Positions 12,764 to 32,939 of a stretch of 64,000 bases of DNA are shown here, one piece after another. The notes beneath the pieces are model-generated. The model was not told the origin of the DNA and did no database searches. It saw only the letters and a program-made list of their open reading frames with translations. This stretch comes from an uncultured Gemmatimonadales bacterium. GTDB lineage: Bacteria; Gemmatimonadota; Gemmatimonadetes; Gemmatimonadales; GWC2-71-9. Numbering within the stretch: position 1 is the stretch's first letter; each line of letters opens with the position of its first letter. A program made the position numbers and the translations under genes. The stretch is from positions 96,001-160,000 of the forward strand of contig CAWCFX010000006.1 of assembly GCA_963795085.1 (NCBI GenBank), in the 5' to 3' direction.

Positions 12764-15614
12764 GTCTTCCACCCGCCGCACCAGGTCATCCATCGTGAAG
12801 GGCTTCTGCAGGAAGGGCGCGCGTTCGGGCATCAGCCCCCGGCGGGCCACCTCGTCTCCGGCGTATCCCGATGTATAGAGTACCGGCAGATCGGCGTGGA
12901 GCCGGCCCAGCGCCTGGCCCAGTTCCCGCCCGTTCATTTCCGGCATGATCACGTCGCTGATGACCAGGTCCGGCTTCCGGACCCCATCGGCAAGGATCTC
13001 CATGGCCCGGCGGCCATGCTCGGCCTCGATCACATGGTAACCGGATCCTTCCAGCGCCCGCCGGGCCAGCACCCGAATGGCCGCATCGTCCTCGACGACC
13101 AGCACGGTCCGGAGGGCGGCGCCCGTCCGGACCCCGGGAACGCCGACCGGGCCCCCGTCGTCCCGCGCCTCGGCCGGCACCGTCACCACAGCCGGGGAGG
13201 CTGGCAGGTAGATCCGGATAGAGGTGCCCACCCCAGGCTCGCTATAGGCCCAGACGAATCCCTGGTGCTGCTTCACGATGCCATAGACCGTGGACATGCC
13301 CAGTCCGGTTCCCTGCCCGACCGGCTTGGTGGTAAAGAATGGCTCGAAGACCTGGGCCAGGGTCGCCCGGTCCATGCCGACGCCGGTATCGGACAGCCGT
13401 GAGCAGCACGAAGGGCCCGGGCCGGAGATAGATACCGCCGTGCGCCTCGGCATACCCGCGGTCCAGATCCACGTCGTCAATGGAAATAGTGAGGGTGCCG
13501 CCTGCCGGCATCGCATCGCGCGCGTTGGCGGTCAGGTTGATCAGGACCTGTTCCAGCTGGGTGGGGTCGGCATGGACCGGCCGGATGGTACGCCGGGGGA
13601 CGAGATTGAGAACATTGTCGGCTCCCAGCAACTGGGCGAGCACCGGCTGCAACTCGCTGACGACGTCGAACAGGTCCACGTCACGCGGGCGGGTGACCTG
13701 ACGGCGGCTGAAGGCCAGCAACTGCTGGGTGATCGACGCGGTCCGTTCCGCCGCTTTCACCATGTGCTGCACATCGTCGAACTGGGGATGTTCCAGCCCG
13801 AGCCCCCGGAGCACGAATGCCCCGAAGCCCAGCACCGCCGTCATCTGGTTGTTGACCTCATGCGCGACGCCACCGGCCAGTGTTCCCACGGCCTGCAGCT
13901 GCCGGGCCTGGCGCAACTGGTGCTCGGTCCGGATCCGGGCCCGGAGGTCCCGGCCCACGGTGGCAAGGCAGAGCGGCGTGTCGGTGGCCGGGTCCCGCAC
14001 CAGGAAGATGGTCTGGTCCATGGGGATGGGCGCATCGGTCACTCGGTGGCGGAACCGGAGTTCCCCCCGCCACAGTCCGTCCCGGAGCACGGTGGGCAGG
14101 GCCTCGTCGCGGACGATCGGCCAGCTCTCGGACGTGAGGTAGTCGGGAATCGTCGTCCGCTCGACCGCGTCTGCATCCGGCAGGCCCACCAGCTCGCGGC
14201 CGGCGGCATTCACGTAAATGGCCTTGCCTTCCAGGGTGGCCATGCCGATGTAATCCGCGCTGTTCTCCACCAGGGAGACAAACTGCTGGCGGACCGCTTC
14301 CGCCCGCCAGCGGTCCAGTCCCAGGGCAATCGAATGGACAACCGACCGCATCGCCTCCAGGGTAGGCTCGCTCAGCGAATGCTTCGCGAACAGGGCCATG
14401 ACCCCGTTGAGCCGGTCGCCCACCATCAGCGGGAAACCGGCGAAGGCCACCATCCCTTCCCGGCGGGCCCACTCCGGGTCCCTGATGTTGGGATCGTTGG
14501 GGACATCGTTGCTCACGAGCGGGGTACGCGACTCGGCAATCCGTCCGATCTTGAACCGGCCGACCGGGACGATCGCGTGAGCGCCATCCAGGCTGGTGTA
14601 GAGGCCGGCGCTGGCCTGGAGTTCCAGCATGCCGGTGGCCGTGTTGAGCGTCCAGATCCGCGCGAACGCGGCGTCCAGATGCTCCACCACGGCCCGGCAG
14701 CAGCGGTCCAGCATGGCGGCCAGGGTGGGGCTCCCGGTAAGCGCAATGCCGACCTGGGCCGTGAAGGCGGCGAGATTGGCGCGCTCCCGCAGCGATTCTT
14801 CCCGCTCCACGCGCTCCGTCACATCCACGCAGGCGCCGGTCATGTATCGGGGCACACCCGCCGCGTCCACGAAGGTCTTGCCCTTGTTATCGAGCCAGCG
14901 GACAGCACCGTCCGGCAGCATGACCCGGTATTCCTGGTCGAAGTCCGCCCCGGTCTCGACGCACTGCCGGAGTGCGGCGGCCACCCGGGGCCGGTCATCG
15001 AGGTGTACCAGGGTAAGAAAATGCTCGATGGTCGCGACGCTGGCCTGGGGCTCGACTCCGAATAGCCGGCACAGGCTCTCGTCCCACTCCACGCCCCCGG
15101 TGGCGATATTCCACCGGGACGTCCCCGTCCCGGATGCAAACAGCGCCGCCTCCAGCCGCTCTTGCCGCTCCCGGAGAACAAGCGCCGCCGCCCGCTGCTC
15201 GTCCACGTCCGTATTGGTCCCGAACCAGCGGAGGATCCGACCCGAGGCATCCTTGATGGGCAGGACCCGGGTGAGGAACCAGCGAAGGTTCCCGTCCGAC
15301 CCGCGGAGCGGGAACTCCAGGTCGAAGGGCTCGCCGGTCTCCAGCGAGCGGCGCCAGACTTCAAGGACGCGCGGCAACTCCTTCGGATCGTGGACCGCCT
15401 GCCACCCCCAGCCCTCCATGGCCTCCGGAGTGGTGCCGGTGTATTCATACCATCGCTGGTTGTACCAGAAAATGTGGCCGTCCGGATGCGCCATCCAGGT
15501 GAGCTGGGGAATGGACTCGGCCAGGGTGCGAAATTCCCGCTCCCGCTGCAGCAACTGGCCGCTCGCAGGTTCTCCATCGGGAGCGGCCTGGCCATCAGGG
15601 GTTTCCTGAGTCAT
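12671..15614 (-). pseudogene. PAS/GAF hybrid sensor histidine kinase-response regulator, split by a 1-bp frameshift near 13397
   Basis: Frame 1 (15614-~13398): PAS/PAC x2, GAF, PAS, H-box GVAHEVNNQ, N-box NLTANARDAM. Frame 2 continues SDTGVGMD...FEPFFTTK..G.GTGLG plus a receiver domain. Confidence 0.85.
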
Positions 15615-15646
15615 GTTTCGCGCTTCCACCGGGCTTTCGGCTCTGA

Positions 15647-15847
15647 TCACGCGGGCGTGGGGCGGACCAGGCGGCGGTAAGCCCACCATGCCACGGCGAG
15701 CGCCACCACCGTCACCAGGGCCTTGAGGACCAGCACCGCGAACCCCAGCGCCAAACCGAGAACCGGCAGCAGGAGCACGGCGAGGATTTTCCATGCGAGG
15801 ACAGCCACGACCGTGGTCGCGGCCACTCCCATGACGGGCTTGATCAT
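15647..15847 (-). CDS. Small hydrophobic membrane protein
   Basis: 66 aa, almost entirely hydrophobic with a basic C-terminus; ggagg upstream of the start. Confidence 0.6.
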   Translation of the reverse strand: MIKPVMGVAATTVVAVLAWKILAVLLLPVLGLALGFAVLVLKALVTVVALAVAWWAYRRLVRPTPA

Positions 15848-15969
15848 CCGGCCCTCCGGAAAGGGGTTTCAAGTATAAGGTGAGGAATCCGGCCGGGCAA
15901 AGGAGAGGGCGGGCCTGGCGGACCAGGTCGGCGGTTACCCTGACCTGCCGGGAAGATCGAGGGGAATAC

Positions 15970-15998
15970 AAAAGGGCGCAGCACTCGCTGCGCCCTTT
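15970..15998 (-). terminator. Intrinsic terminator downstream of rpoC (probably bidirectional)
   Basis: aaaagggcgcagc-actc-gctgcgcccttt perfect stem with A/T flanks. Confidence 0.8.
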
Positions 15999-16041
15999 CG
16001 TGGATGGCTTCCCGGGCCCCTGGGCGGGGCCGCTTGCGCGG

Positions 16042-20556
<4,515 letters not shown>

Positions 20557-20582
20557 TTATAGGTTCCCTCTGGTAATTGCTA

Positions 20583-20614
20583 CGCTGCACTCTGCACGCT
20601 GCACTCTGCACTCT
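20583..20614. repeat. 7-bp tandem repeat (CTGCACT/G) x4 between rpoB and rpoC
   Basis: cg-ctgcact-ctgcacg-ctgcact-ctgcact-ct. Confidence 0.8.
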
Positions 20615-20617
20615 ATA

Positions 20618-25090
<4,473 letters not shown>

Positions 25091-25265
25091 CTTCACTCTC
25101 ATGCAACACAAATGGCCCCGTCGCGTGCCTCCCGCCCAATGCGGGAGGACCTCGCGGGGCTGCTGGTACGACGGATTAGGAAGTGCTTCTCAATGTCATG
25201 TCGTCTCACCGAAGCAGGGGAGCCTGAAGCCCGGGCGGCTGAACGCCATCCCGGGTCGGCTTCGC

Positions 25266-25658
25266 CTACTTCAGCTCGACGGACGCGCCCTGCTCTTCCA
25301 GCTTCTTCTTGATTTCCTCGGCCTCGGCCTTGGCGATGCCTTCCTTGATGTTGCTGGGCGGGGCGTCCACCAGGTCCTTGGCCTCCTTGAGGCCCAGGCT
25401 GGTCACTTCGCGGACCACCTTGATGACCTGGATCTTCTTCGCGCCGGCCTCTTTGAGCACCACCGTGAACTCGGTCTTCTCTTCGGCCGGCGCCGCCGCG
25501 GCACCGCCGCCGGCGCCCGCGGCCGGAGCCGCCGCCACTGGAGCCGCGATGGTCACGTTGAACTTGGTCTTGAACGACTCGATGAGATCCGCGAGTTCGA
25601 TCACGGTCTTGTTGCCGATGGCGTCGAGGATCTCGTCGTTGCTGAGCGTCGTGGGCAT
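25266..25658 (-). CDS. rplL: 50S ribosomal protein L7/L12
   Basis: [31 protein letters not shown]; ggaga RBS before MPTTLS. Confidence 0.97.
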   Translation of the reverse strand: MPTTLSNDEILDAIGNKTVIELADLIESFKTKFNVTIAAPVAAAPAAGAGGGAAAAPAEEKTEFTVVLKEAGAKKIQVIKVVREVTSLGLKEAKDLVDAPPSNIKEGIAKAEAEEIKKKLEEQGASVELK

Positions 25659-25678
25659 TTCAGTGTCTCCCAATGTGA

Positions 25679-26203
25679 TTAAGAACCAGCGCTGCGCTGG
25701 GTACGGAGCGCTTCGAGAGCGCCAACCATCTGCATGAGCAAACCATTCATTACACCCGCGAGCTGGGCCATGGGGGCCTGCAGCGTCCCCGCCAGCTGGC
25801 TCAGCAGGACTTCACGGGACGGGAGGCTGGCCAGTTGCCGGACCTGGTCCGGCGTCACCGCCTTGCCGTCCACCAGCCCGATCCTGATGGCCGGCTTCTC
25901 GAACTCGCGGGCAAAATCGGTCAGCACTTTCGCCGCGGCGACCGGGTCGGACCCGCCCAGCACCAGCCCGGTGGGGCCGGCCAGGTGATCGTCCAGCTCG
26001 GTGATCTGGTTCGCCGCCAGCGCCCGCTGCGCCAGCGAATTCTTGACCACCACGTAGCCCACCCCGGCCGACCGGAGCCGGCGGCGCAGCTCGGTCATCC
26101 GGAGCACGTTGAGCCCCGTGAAATCGGTCACGTACAGGGTCGGCGAGGCCTTGAACTGCTGGGCCAGGCTCTCCACGGTTTCCTGCCGTTGGGTCTTGCT
26201 CAT
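25679..26203 (-). CDS. rplJ: 50S ribosomal protein L10
   Basis: [32 protein letters not shown]. Confidence 0.95.
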   Translation of the reverse strand: MSKTQRQETVESLAQQFKASPTLYVTDFTGLNVLRMTELRRRLRSAGVGYVVVKNSLAQRALAANQITELDDHLAGPTGLVLGGSDPVAAAKVLTDFAREFEKPAIRIGLVDGKAVTPDQVRQLASLPSREVLLSQLAGTLQAPMAQLAGVMNGLLMQMVGALEALRTQRSAGS

Positions 26204-26889
26204 CGATACACCGCCGTGTCGAGCGGAACGCCGGGGCCCATGGTGCTGGAAACCGTGGCGGACCGGATGTAGATCCCCTTCGCCGCGGCCGGCTTGGCCC
26301 GAACGATGGTGTCCATGAATGCGCTGAGATTCTCCGCCAGCTGGTCGGCGCTGAACTTGACCTTGCCGATCGGCGCGTGAACGTTCCCGGTCTTGTCCAC
26401 CCGGAACTCGATCTTGCCGGCCTTGATCTCCTTGACCGCCTTGGTGACGTCCATGGTGACGGTGCCGGCCTTGGGATTCGGCATCAGGCCCCGGGGCCCG
26501 AGCACCTTGCCCAGCTGGCCGAACTGGCCCATCACGTCCGGCGTGGCCACGATGACATCGGCCTCCAGCCAGCCATCCTTCAGCTTCTGGATGTACTCAA
26601 CCCCGACGAAATCGGCGCCCGCGGCCTCGGCTTCCTTGACCCGCTCGCCCTGGGCAATCACCAGCACCCGGACCGACTTCCCGGTTCCATGGGGCAGCAC
26701 CACCGTGCCCCGGACCACCTGGTCGGCGTGCCGGGGATCCACGCCCAGCCGCACGGCGATATCCACCGTCTCGTTGAACTTGGCGAAGGACGCCGACTTC
26801 ACGGTTTCCACCGCGTCCTTGATGGAATAGGCCTTGGACCGGTCCACCTTGGCGACGGCGGCCGCGAATTTCTTTCCCTGGCTCGGCAT
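26200..26889 (-). CDS. rplA: 50S ribosomal protein L1
   Basis: [47 protein letters not shown]. Confidence 0.98.
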   Translation of the reverse strand: MPSQGKKFAAAVAKVDRSKAYSIKDAVETVKSASFAKFNETVDIAVRLGVDPRHADQVVRGTVVLPHGTGKSVRVLVIAQGERVKEAEAAGADFVGVEYIQKLKDGWLEADVIVATPDVMGQFGQLGKVLGPRGLMPNPKAGTVTMDVTKAVKEIKAGKIEFRVDKTGNVHAPIGKVKFSADQLAENLSAFMDTIVRAKPAAAKGIYIRSATVSSTMGPGVPLDTAVYR

Positions 26890-27314
26890 CAGTCAGCCAC
26901 CTCCAGGCCCATCGACCGGGCGGTCCCGGCGATCATTTTCATCGCCGAGTCGAGGTCCGACGCATTCAGGTCGGCCATCTTGATCTCGGCGATCTTCCGG
27001 AGCTGGGCCCGGGTCACCTTGCCCACCTTGTTCCGGTTGGGCTGCGCGCTGCCCTTGTCGAGCCCGGCTTCCTTGAGCAGGAGGTTCGGCGCGGGCGGCG
27101 TCTTGGTAATGAAGGTGAAGGTCCGGTCCCCGAAAATGGTCACCACCACGGGGATGACCATCCCCGCCTGGGTCTGGGTCCGGGCGTTGAACTGCTTGCA
27201 GAACTCCATGATGTTGACGCCGTGCGGACCCAGCGCCGTACCCACGGGCGGTGCCGGGTTCGCCGCGCCAGCCGGGCACTGCAGCTTGACGACAGCGGTG
27301 ATCTTCTTGGCCAT
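26889..27314 (-). CDS. rplK: 50S ribosomal protein L11
   Basis: [37 protein letters not shown]. Confidence 0.98.
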   Translation of the reverse strand: MAKKITAVVKLQCPAGAANPAPPVGTALGPHGVNIMEFCKQFNARTQTQAGMVIPVVVTIFGDRTFTFITKTPPAPNLLLKEAGLDKGSAQPNRNKVGKVTRAQLRKIAEIKMADLNASDLDSAMKMIAGTARSMGLEVAD

Positions 27315-27327
27315 CTAACTCTCCCTC

Positions 27328-27351
27328 ATAGCGCCCTCGCGGGCTCCCACC
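27328..27351 (-). promoter_or_regulatory. Putative L1-binding autoregulatory site in the rplK leader
   Basis: Minus strand GGGAG-CCC-GCGA-GGG-CG just before the RBS resembles the GGAG.../..GGCG L1 operator hairpin. Judged by eye only. Confidence 0.4.
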
Positions 27352-27385
27352 TGAAGACCGGGTGGTTGCGGTTCCCTTGTCCTGC

Positions 27386-27469
27386 CCTCTCCGTAAAAGG
27401 GAGAGGAAAACGTTCCGTAGAACTCACCCATCGCTCCCGCTCCGTGAACGGAGAGGCAACAGGGCGAGG
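27386..27469. repeat. Two REP-like hairpins downstream of nusG
   Basis: cctctcc-gtaaaag-ggagagg and ctcaccc...ctccgt-ga-acggag...gggcgag; same architecture as 6234-6285. Confidence 0.55.
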
Positions 27470-27472
27470 CCT

Positions 27473-28015
27473 TTAATGTCCCCGGAGCTGCAGGTAATCC
27501 AGTTCCACGACCGTGGGCCGCCCGAACAGGCTGACGCTGACCCGGACCTTGCCCTTGTCGCCGAGAATCTCCTCGACGGTGCCGCTGAAGTCGGAGAACG
27601 GCCCCTCGGTGATCTCCACCACCTGGCCTACCAGGAACGGGATCTCCTCCTTGGGCTCCGACTCGGCCACTTCCTCGACCACGCCCAGCAGCCGGTTGAC
27701 CTCGTCCTGCCGCAGCGGCTGGGGAAACCGGCCCGATCCGACGAACTTGATCACTCCCTGGATGCTGTTGATCACGTGGAGCGCCTCCTGGCCCATGCCC
27801 ATCTCCACCAGGACATAGCCGGGGTACAGCTTCCGCTCGACGTTGACCTTCTTGCCGTTCTTGATCTCGACCACGTCCTGCACCGGCACCAGGGCCTGGC
27901 GGATGAGCTTGTCGCCCTCCGGCCGGGGGTCCTCCCCGATCCGCTGGGCGATCAGGTTACGAACCTTGTTCTCATGCCCGGCCGTGGTCTGGATGGCGTA
28001 CCAGCGATATTCCAT
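27473..28015 (-). CDS. nusG: Transcription termination/antitermination factor NusG
   Basis: WYAIQT..G.ENKV, KLYPGYVLV, KOW GPFSDFSG, FGRPTVVEL. Confidence 0.97.
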   Translation of the reverse strand: MEYRWYAIQTTAGHENKVRNLIAQRIGEDPRPEGDKLIRQALVPVQDVVEIKNGKKVNVERKLYPGYVLVEMGMGQEALHVINSIQGVIKFVGSGRFPQPLRQDEVNRLLGVVEEVAESEPKEEIPFLVGQVVEITEGPFSDFSGTVEEILGDKGKVRVSVSLFGRPTVVELDYLQLRGH

Positions 28016-28020
28016 ACCGG

Positions 28021-28287
28021 CTAACGGGCCAGCAGGGCCACGCCGTCCACCAGCACCTTCTGCAGCACCAGGTCCAGCAGGCCGATCATGATGCCCAGCA
28101 CCACCGAGAAGATCAGGATCATCCGGGTCGCCTTGACCAGCTCGTCCCGCGTGGGCCAGGTGACTTTCTTCATCTCGGCCTGGGCCTCGGCCACGAACGT
28201 CACGGAGCGGGCGAAGAAGTTCTTCTCGCCACCCTCCCCGCCCTTCGGTTTGCCCGGCTCGGAGCGCTCGATGACGTCCGCGCTCAC
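28021..28287 (-). CDS. secE: Preprotein translocase subunit SecE
   Basis: [13 protein letters not shown] plus a TM helix; upstream of nusG. Confidence 0.95.
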   Translation of the reverse strand: MSADVIERSEPGKPKGGEGGEKNFFARSVTFVAEAQAEMKKVTWPTRDELVKATRMILIFSVVLGIMIGLLDLVLQKVLVDGVALLAR

Positions 28288-28436
28288 TTCGATTCCTTGT
28301 GCAGGTTGTGCTTATTGCAGCGGGGGCAGTACTTCTTCCACTCCACCCGCTCCGGGTGCTTCCGGCGGTTCTTGTCCTGGAAATAGTTCCGCTCTTTGCA
28401 GTCGGTGCATTCCAGGATGATCTTTTCGCGTGGCAT
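28284..28436 (-). CDS. rpmG: 50S ribosomal protein L33 (zinc-binding type; missing from the ORF track)
   Basis: Translated by hand: [50 protein letters not shown]. Confidence 0.95.
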   Translation of the reverse strand: MPREKIILECTDCKERNYFQDKNRRKHPERVEWKKYCPRCNKHNLHKESK

Positions 28437-28457
28437 CGGTCAGCCTATCACAGTTGC

Positions 28458-28515
28458 GAGTACTGAGTACTGAGTGCTGAGGGGTTCCTCAGTCCTCCGT
28501 ACTCTTCGCTCAGTA

Positions 28516-28517
<2 letters not shown>
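28458..28517. repeat. 7-bp repeat hairpin downstream of the second tuf; matches 2601-2657
   Basis: gagtactgagtactgagtgctgaggggttcctcagtcctccgtactcttcgctcagtact. Confidence 0.85.
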
Positions 28518-29718
<1,201 letters not shown>

Positions 29719-29843
29719 TCTGCAAACTCCGTGGTGCTGGGTTCCGTGTTCTGGTGAGCGGCCAGTGGGTCTCGAAGATCGCCCCGCGCTGACTGCCGCA
29801 ACTACGCCTGGTTTACTCTCCCGCTCCCTGCGTACCGTTGTCA

Positions 29844-29916
29844 AGCTCGCGCGCGGGATCGAACCGCGGACCTCATCCTTACCAAGGATGTGCTCTACCA
29901 ACTGAGCTACGCGAGC
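29844..29916 (-). tRNA. tRNA-Thr(GGT)
   Basis: GCTCGCGTAGCTCAGTTGGTAGAGC-ATCC-TT-GGT-AA-GGAT...GGTTCGATCCC; cloverleaf folds. Confidence 0.95.
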
Positions 29917-29932
29917 GGTCGCTTGTACCTCA

Positions 29933-30005
29933 AGCGGGCGACGGGGCTCGAACCCGCGACCCTCAGCTTGGAAGGCTGATGCTCTACCAACTGAGCTACA
30001 CCCGC
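29933..30005 (-). tRNA. tRNA-Gly(TCC)
   Basis: GCGGGTGTAGCTCAGTTGGTAGAGC, anticodon arm TCAGC-CT-TCC-AA-GCTGA, GGTTCGAG T-arm. Confidence 0.95.
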
Positions 30006-30095
30006 AAACAGCGGCGGACACCGAATAAGCCGCCGGCGCATCCCGTTCGTCCACCCCAACTCATCTGATCCACCGTCTATCCGCCCGTCCGCCAA

Positions 30096-30179
30096 TGGTG
30101 GGGGTAGGATTCGAACCTACGTAGGGCAGAGCCCGGCAGATTTACAGTCTGCTACCATTAGCCACTCGGTCACCCCACC
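30096..30179 (-). tRNA. tRNA-Tyr(GTA)
   Basis: GGTGGGGTGACCGAGTGG, anticodon arm GCAGA-CT-GTA-AA-TCTGC, long variable arm, GTAGGTTCGAATCCTAC. Confidence 0.95.
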
Positions 30180-30266
30180 GACAGCCACTCAGGCCCCTTA
30201 CGACACAGAACCCCGCCGCCCTGCGGGGTTCGAAAAACTCAATTGGGCCGGCTGCAGCTTCTCCAC

Positions 30267-30342
30267 TGGAGCTGACGATGGGAATCGAACCCATAACCTC
30301 CCGCTTACAAGGCGGGTGCTCTGCCAATTGAGCTACGTCAGC
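30267..30342 (-). tRNA. tRNA-Thr(TGT)
   Basis: GCTGACGTAGCTCAATTGGCAGAGC, CCCGC-CT-TGT-AA-GCGGG, GGTTCGATTCC, encoded CCA. Confidence 0.95.
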
Positions 30343-30566
30343 CGGACAGCCAAAAATGGCAGACCCATATGATAAACAGTGAGTTAGCGTGGGTCAACGG
30401 GGCCGGGCTGGATCAGAAGAAGCGGGCTAAGCATCATGGGGGCGAGGGATTGTCCCCATCCGCGTCGGGCTCCGCCGTGGCGCGGCTGCGACAGGAGGGG
30501 GCTGGTGCCGGTGGCCGGGCCCGGGGCGGAGTGCATAAACACCTGAAATCCAATGACTTAGACTAT

Positions 30567-32939
30567 CTACCGCTGGCCTCTCACCTTGACCGGAAATGGA
30601 ATACCCCCGACTTCGCCCAGGGTTGCGGAGCCCAGTTGGCCGGAGGTTGCAGCGCCCCAGCAATACGCGGTTGACTGGACCGTGATTCCGCAGGTGTGGC
30701 CGGACCCGGCACTCAGCAACCGGAAGGTCAGGCCACCCAGCACCGGGACCGGAGTGGTACGTCGGGATCCGTTGGGCAGAAACGACCCGTCTCCAAGTTG
30801 GCCGGAGGTATTCGCGCCCCAGCAATAGGCCTGACCCGTGGCGGTCAACCCGCAGCTGTGGGAGTATCCCATGGTGAGCGCTGTAAACTTGAAGCCTCCC
30901 GGAAGGAGGGCAGGATGCGGATCCCCCGCCCCTGTGGGCCAGCAGTACACGTCCTGGGACAAGGCAAGCCCGCAGGCGCGGCGCTCCCCATTCCTGACCT
31001 CTGAGAACTGGTGTCCCCCGGTGACCATAAGGGGCAGAGGACTGTCAGTCCGAACCCCGTTGCCGAGCTGCCCAGAATAGTTGTCTCCCCAGCAGTATGC
31101 GGCACCCGCACCCGTCAGCCCGCAGACATGATAAGAACCCGCCGCAATATCGCTGAAACTGTGGCCTCCCACCACGGCGGTCGGCACACTCCGGGGTAGT
31201 TCCGTTCCATCCCCAAGAGCACCGTGATAGTTGGAACCCCAGCACCACGCCGCCCCGCCAGAATCAACGCCGCAGATGGCCGAGGAGCCGATGGCCAGCT
31301 TCGAGAACGCATGGCCGCCGGGCACCAGGGTCGGACTGCCGCCCCAGCACCAGGTCTCGACCCCAGTCAGGCCGCACGCCCCCGAACTCCCCGCGACGAC
31401 CGCCTGAAACACAAGGCCGCCCGACACCGGGACGGGAGCGTCACTGAACGTGGATCCGTTTCCAAGCGACCCGAATCCCCAGCACCAGGCGGCACCGGCG
31501 GCGTCGAGGGCGCAGGTGGGCCCCCGCGTTGAGATGTCAGCAAAAACATGACCCCCGGTGACCAGTTCGGGGGTATGGACCGAGATCGCCGGCGACCCGG
31601 TCCCCAGTCCGCCACCGTAGTTGGCGCCCCAGCACCACGCTTCTCCGTTGGCCGTCAGGCCGCAAGTGGAGTACTCCCCGGCGCTGATCCGTGTGAAGAC
31701 ATGGCCGCCAGCAACCTTCGCCGCCGGGTACTGAACGTTCTGGGAACCGGTCACGCCGGTGCCCAGTTGCCCTTCGGTATTGGCGCCCCAGCACCATGCC
31801 TCGCCCAGAGAGGTGAGACCGCAGCTGTGCTCACCCCCCTCGCTGATCGACGCGAAGGCCACCGAAGCCGCCTCGGCCACCGGAATGTTGCTCTCCTTTC
31901 CTGCATGATGAAACCGCTTGAAGCCCCAGCACCAGGCCACTCCGCTCCCGTCCAGCCCACACCCGCGGTCGAACTCCCCACTCACCTGGGTGAAGGAATG
32001 TCCTCCCGACACCGGCGAGGGCGACGTGCTGTAGTAGACGGTGTCGTAACCCAGGTTTCCGAAATAGTTCGAACCCCAGCAGGCGGCCTCCTGCGCGATC
32101 GTGAGCCCGCAGCTGAAGTAGGGGGAGGTGGTGCTGACCTCGAAGAACTCGAAACCGCCCACGACCGGGGCCGGGGTAAGACGGTGCTGCCGGGAACCAT
32201 CGCCGAGTTGTCCAAACAGATTCTCGCCCCAGCAGTACGCGGCCCCTCCGGTGGTAGTGCCGCAGGTGTGACCCCAGGGTGAGGAGATGGAGGAAAAGGT
32301 GTGTCCGCCGCTGACGGGTGCCGGCCAGAACCGGCTCGTGGTGGATCCATCCCCGACCTCACCCGTGGAGTTCGCACCCCAGCACCGTGCAACCCCCGCT
32401 AGGTCCACACCGCAAGTGTTGCCCTGCCCGGCCCGGACGGACTGCCACCGGTAAAAGGCCACCGGCCGCGGGGTCACGCTCTCATCCGGCTCGGAGGGTC
32501 CTATGCCAAGTTCACCCTGGCTGTTGGACCCCCAGCACCACCCGGCACCCTGGACCGTGACGGCGCACGTATGCTGACCACCCGCCGAGATGGCCGCAAA
32601 TTCCAGCCGGAACCCCGTCACGACCGAGGTGGCCGACCGGCCTTCAATGGTGGCGGTGATAGTCGCGGGGCCTTCGGCCCGTGCGGTGGCGAGTCCGCCC
32701 GGGGAAACCTCGATGATATCCGGATCGCTGCTGACCCAGCTCACCTGGCGCCCGCGCAGGGTGTCTCCACTCGCCGAGATCCCCACCGCGTGGATCCGGA
32801 CCGTATCGTCGAGGAGAATATCACCCGCTCCCATCCCCGCGAAGGCCACCCGCTCTACCGGCACCGCCTCGCCGGGCGCAATGATCCGGTCAGTGCAGGC
32901 GAGTGCCAGCAGAGCGACCGGCCAGGCGCGAAGCTTCAC
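30567..32939 (-). CDS. Lipoprotein with Ig-like (Big_2) domain and 14 RCC1/BLIP-II repeats
   Basis: GTG start overlapping the upstream stop; lipobox LALAC; WVSSDP..G.ATITAT Ig-like motif; 14 A[WY]CWG-type repeats. Confidence 0.88.
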   Translation of the reverse strand: MKLRAWPVALLALACTDRIIAPGEAVPVERVAFAGMGAGDILLDDTVRIHAVGISASGDTLRGRQVSWVSSDPDIIEVSPGGLATARAEGPATITATIEGRSATSVVTGFRLEFAAISAGGQHTCAVTVQGAGWCWGSNSQGELGIGPSEPDESVTPRPVAFYRWQSVRAGQGNTCGVDLAGVARCWGANSTGEVGDGSTTSRFWPAPVSGGHTFSSISSPWGHTCGTTTGGAAYCWGENLFGQLGDGSRQHRLTPAPVVGGFEFFEVSTTSPYFSCGLTIAQEAACWGSNYFGNLGYDTVYYSTSPSPVSGGHSFTQVSGEFDRGCGLDGSGVAWCWGFKRFHHAGKESNIPVAEAASVAFASISEGGEHSCGLTSLGEAWCWGANTEGQLGTGVTGSQNVQYPAAKVAGGHVFTRISAGEYSTCGLTANGEAWCWGANYGGGLGTGSPAISVHTPELVTGGHVFADISTRGPTCALDAAGAAWCWGFGSLGNGSTFSDAPVPVSGGLVFQAVVAGSSGACGLTGVETWCWGGSPTLVPGGHAFSKLAIGSSAICGVDSGGAAWCWGSNYHGALGDGTELPRSVPTAVVGGHSFSDIAAGSYHVCGLTGAGAAYCWGDNYSGQLGNGVRTDSPLPLMVTGGHQFSEVRNGERRACGLALSQDVYCWPTGAGDPHPALLPGGFKFTALTMGYSHSCGLTATGQAYCWGANTSGQLGDGSFLPNGSRRTTPVPVLGGLTFRLLSAGSGHTCGITVQSTAYCWGAATSGQLGSATLGEVGGIPFPVKVRGQR

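Noticed and set aside
29719..30054. 112-aa N-terminal extension of the second EF-Tu in the ORF track
   Set aside because: It runs through tRNA-Thr and tRNA-Gly. The real ATG with RBS is at 29718.
30545..30562. IHF-like CAAnnnnTTA motif upstream of the tRNA operon
   Set aside because: Only a partial consensus match, too short to support.
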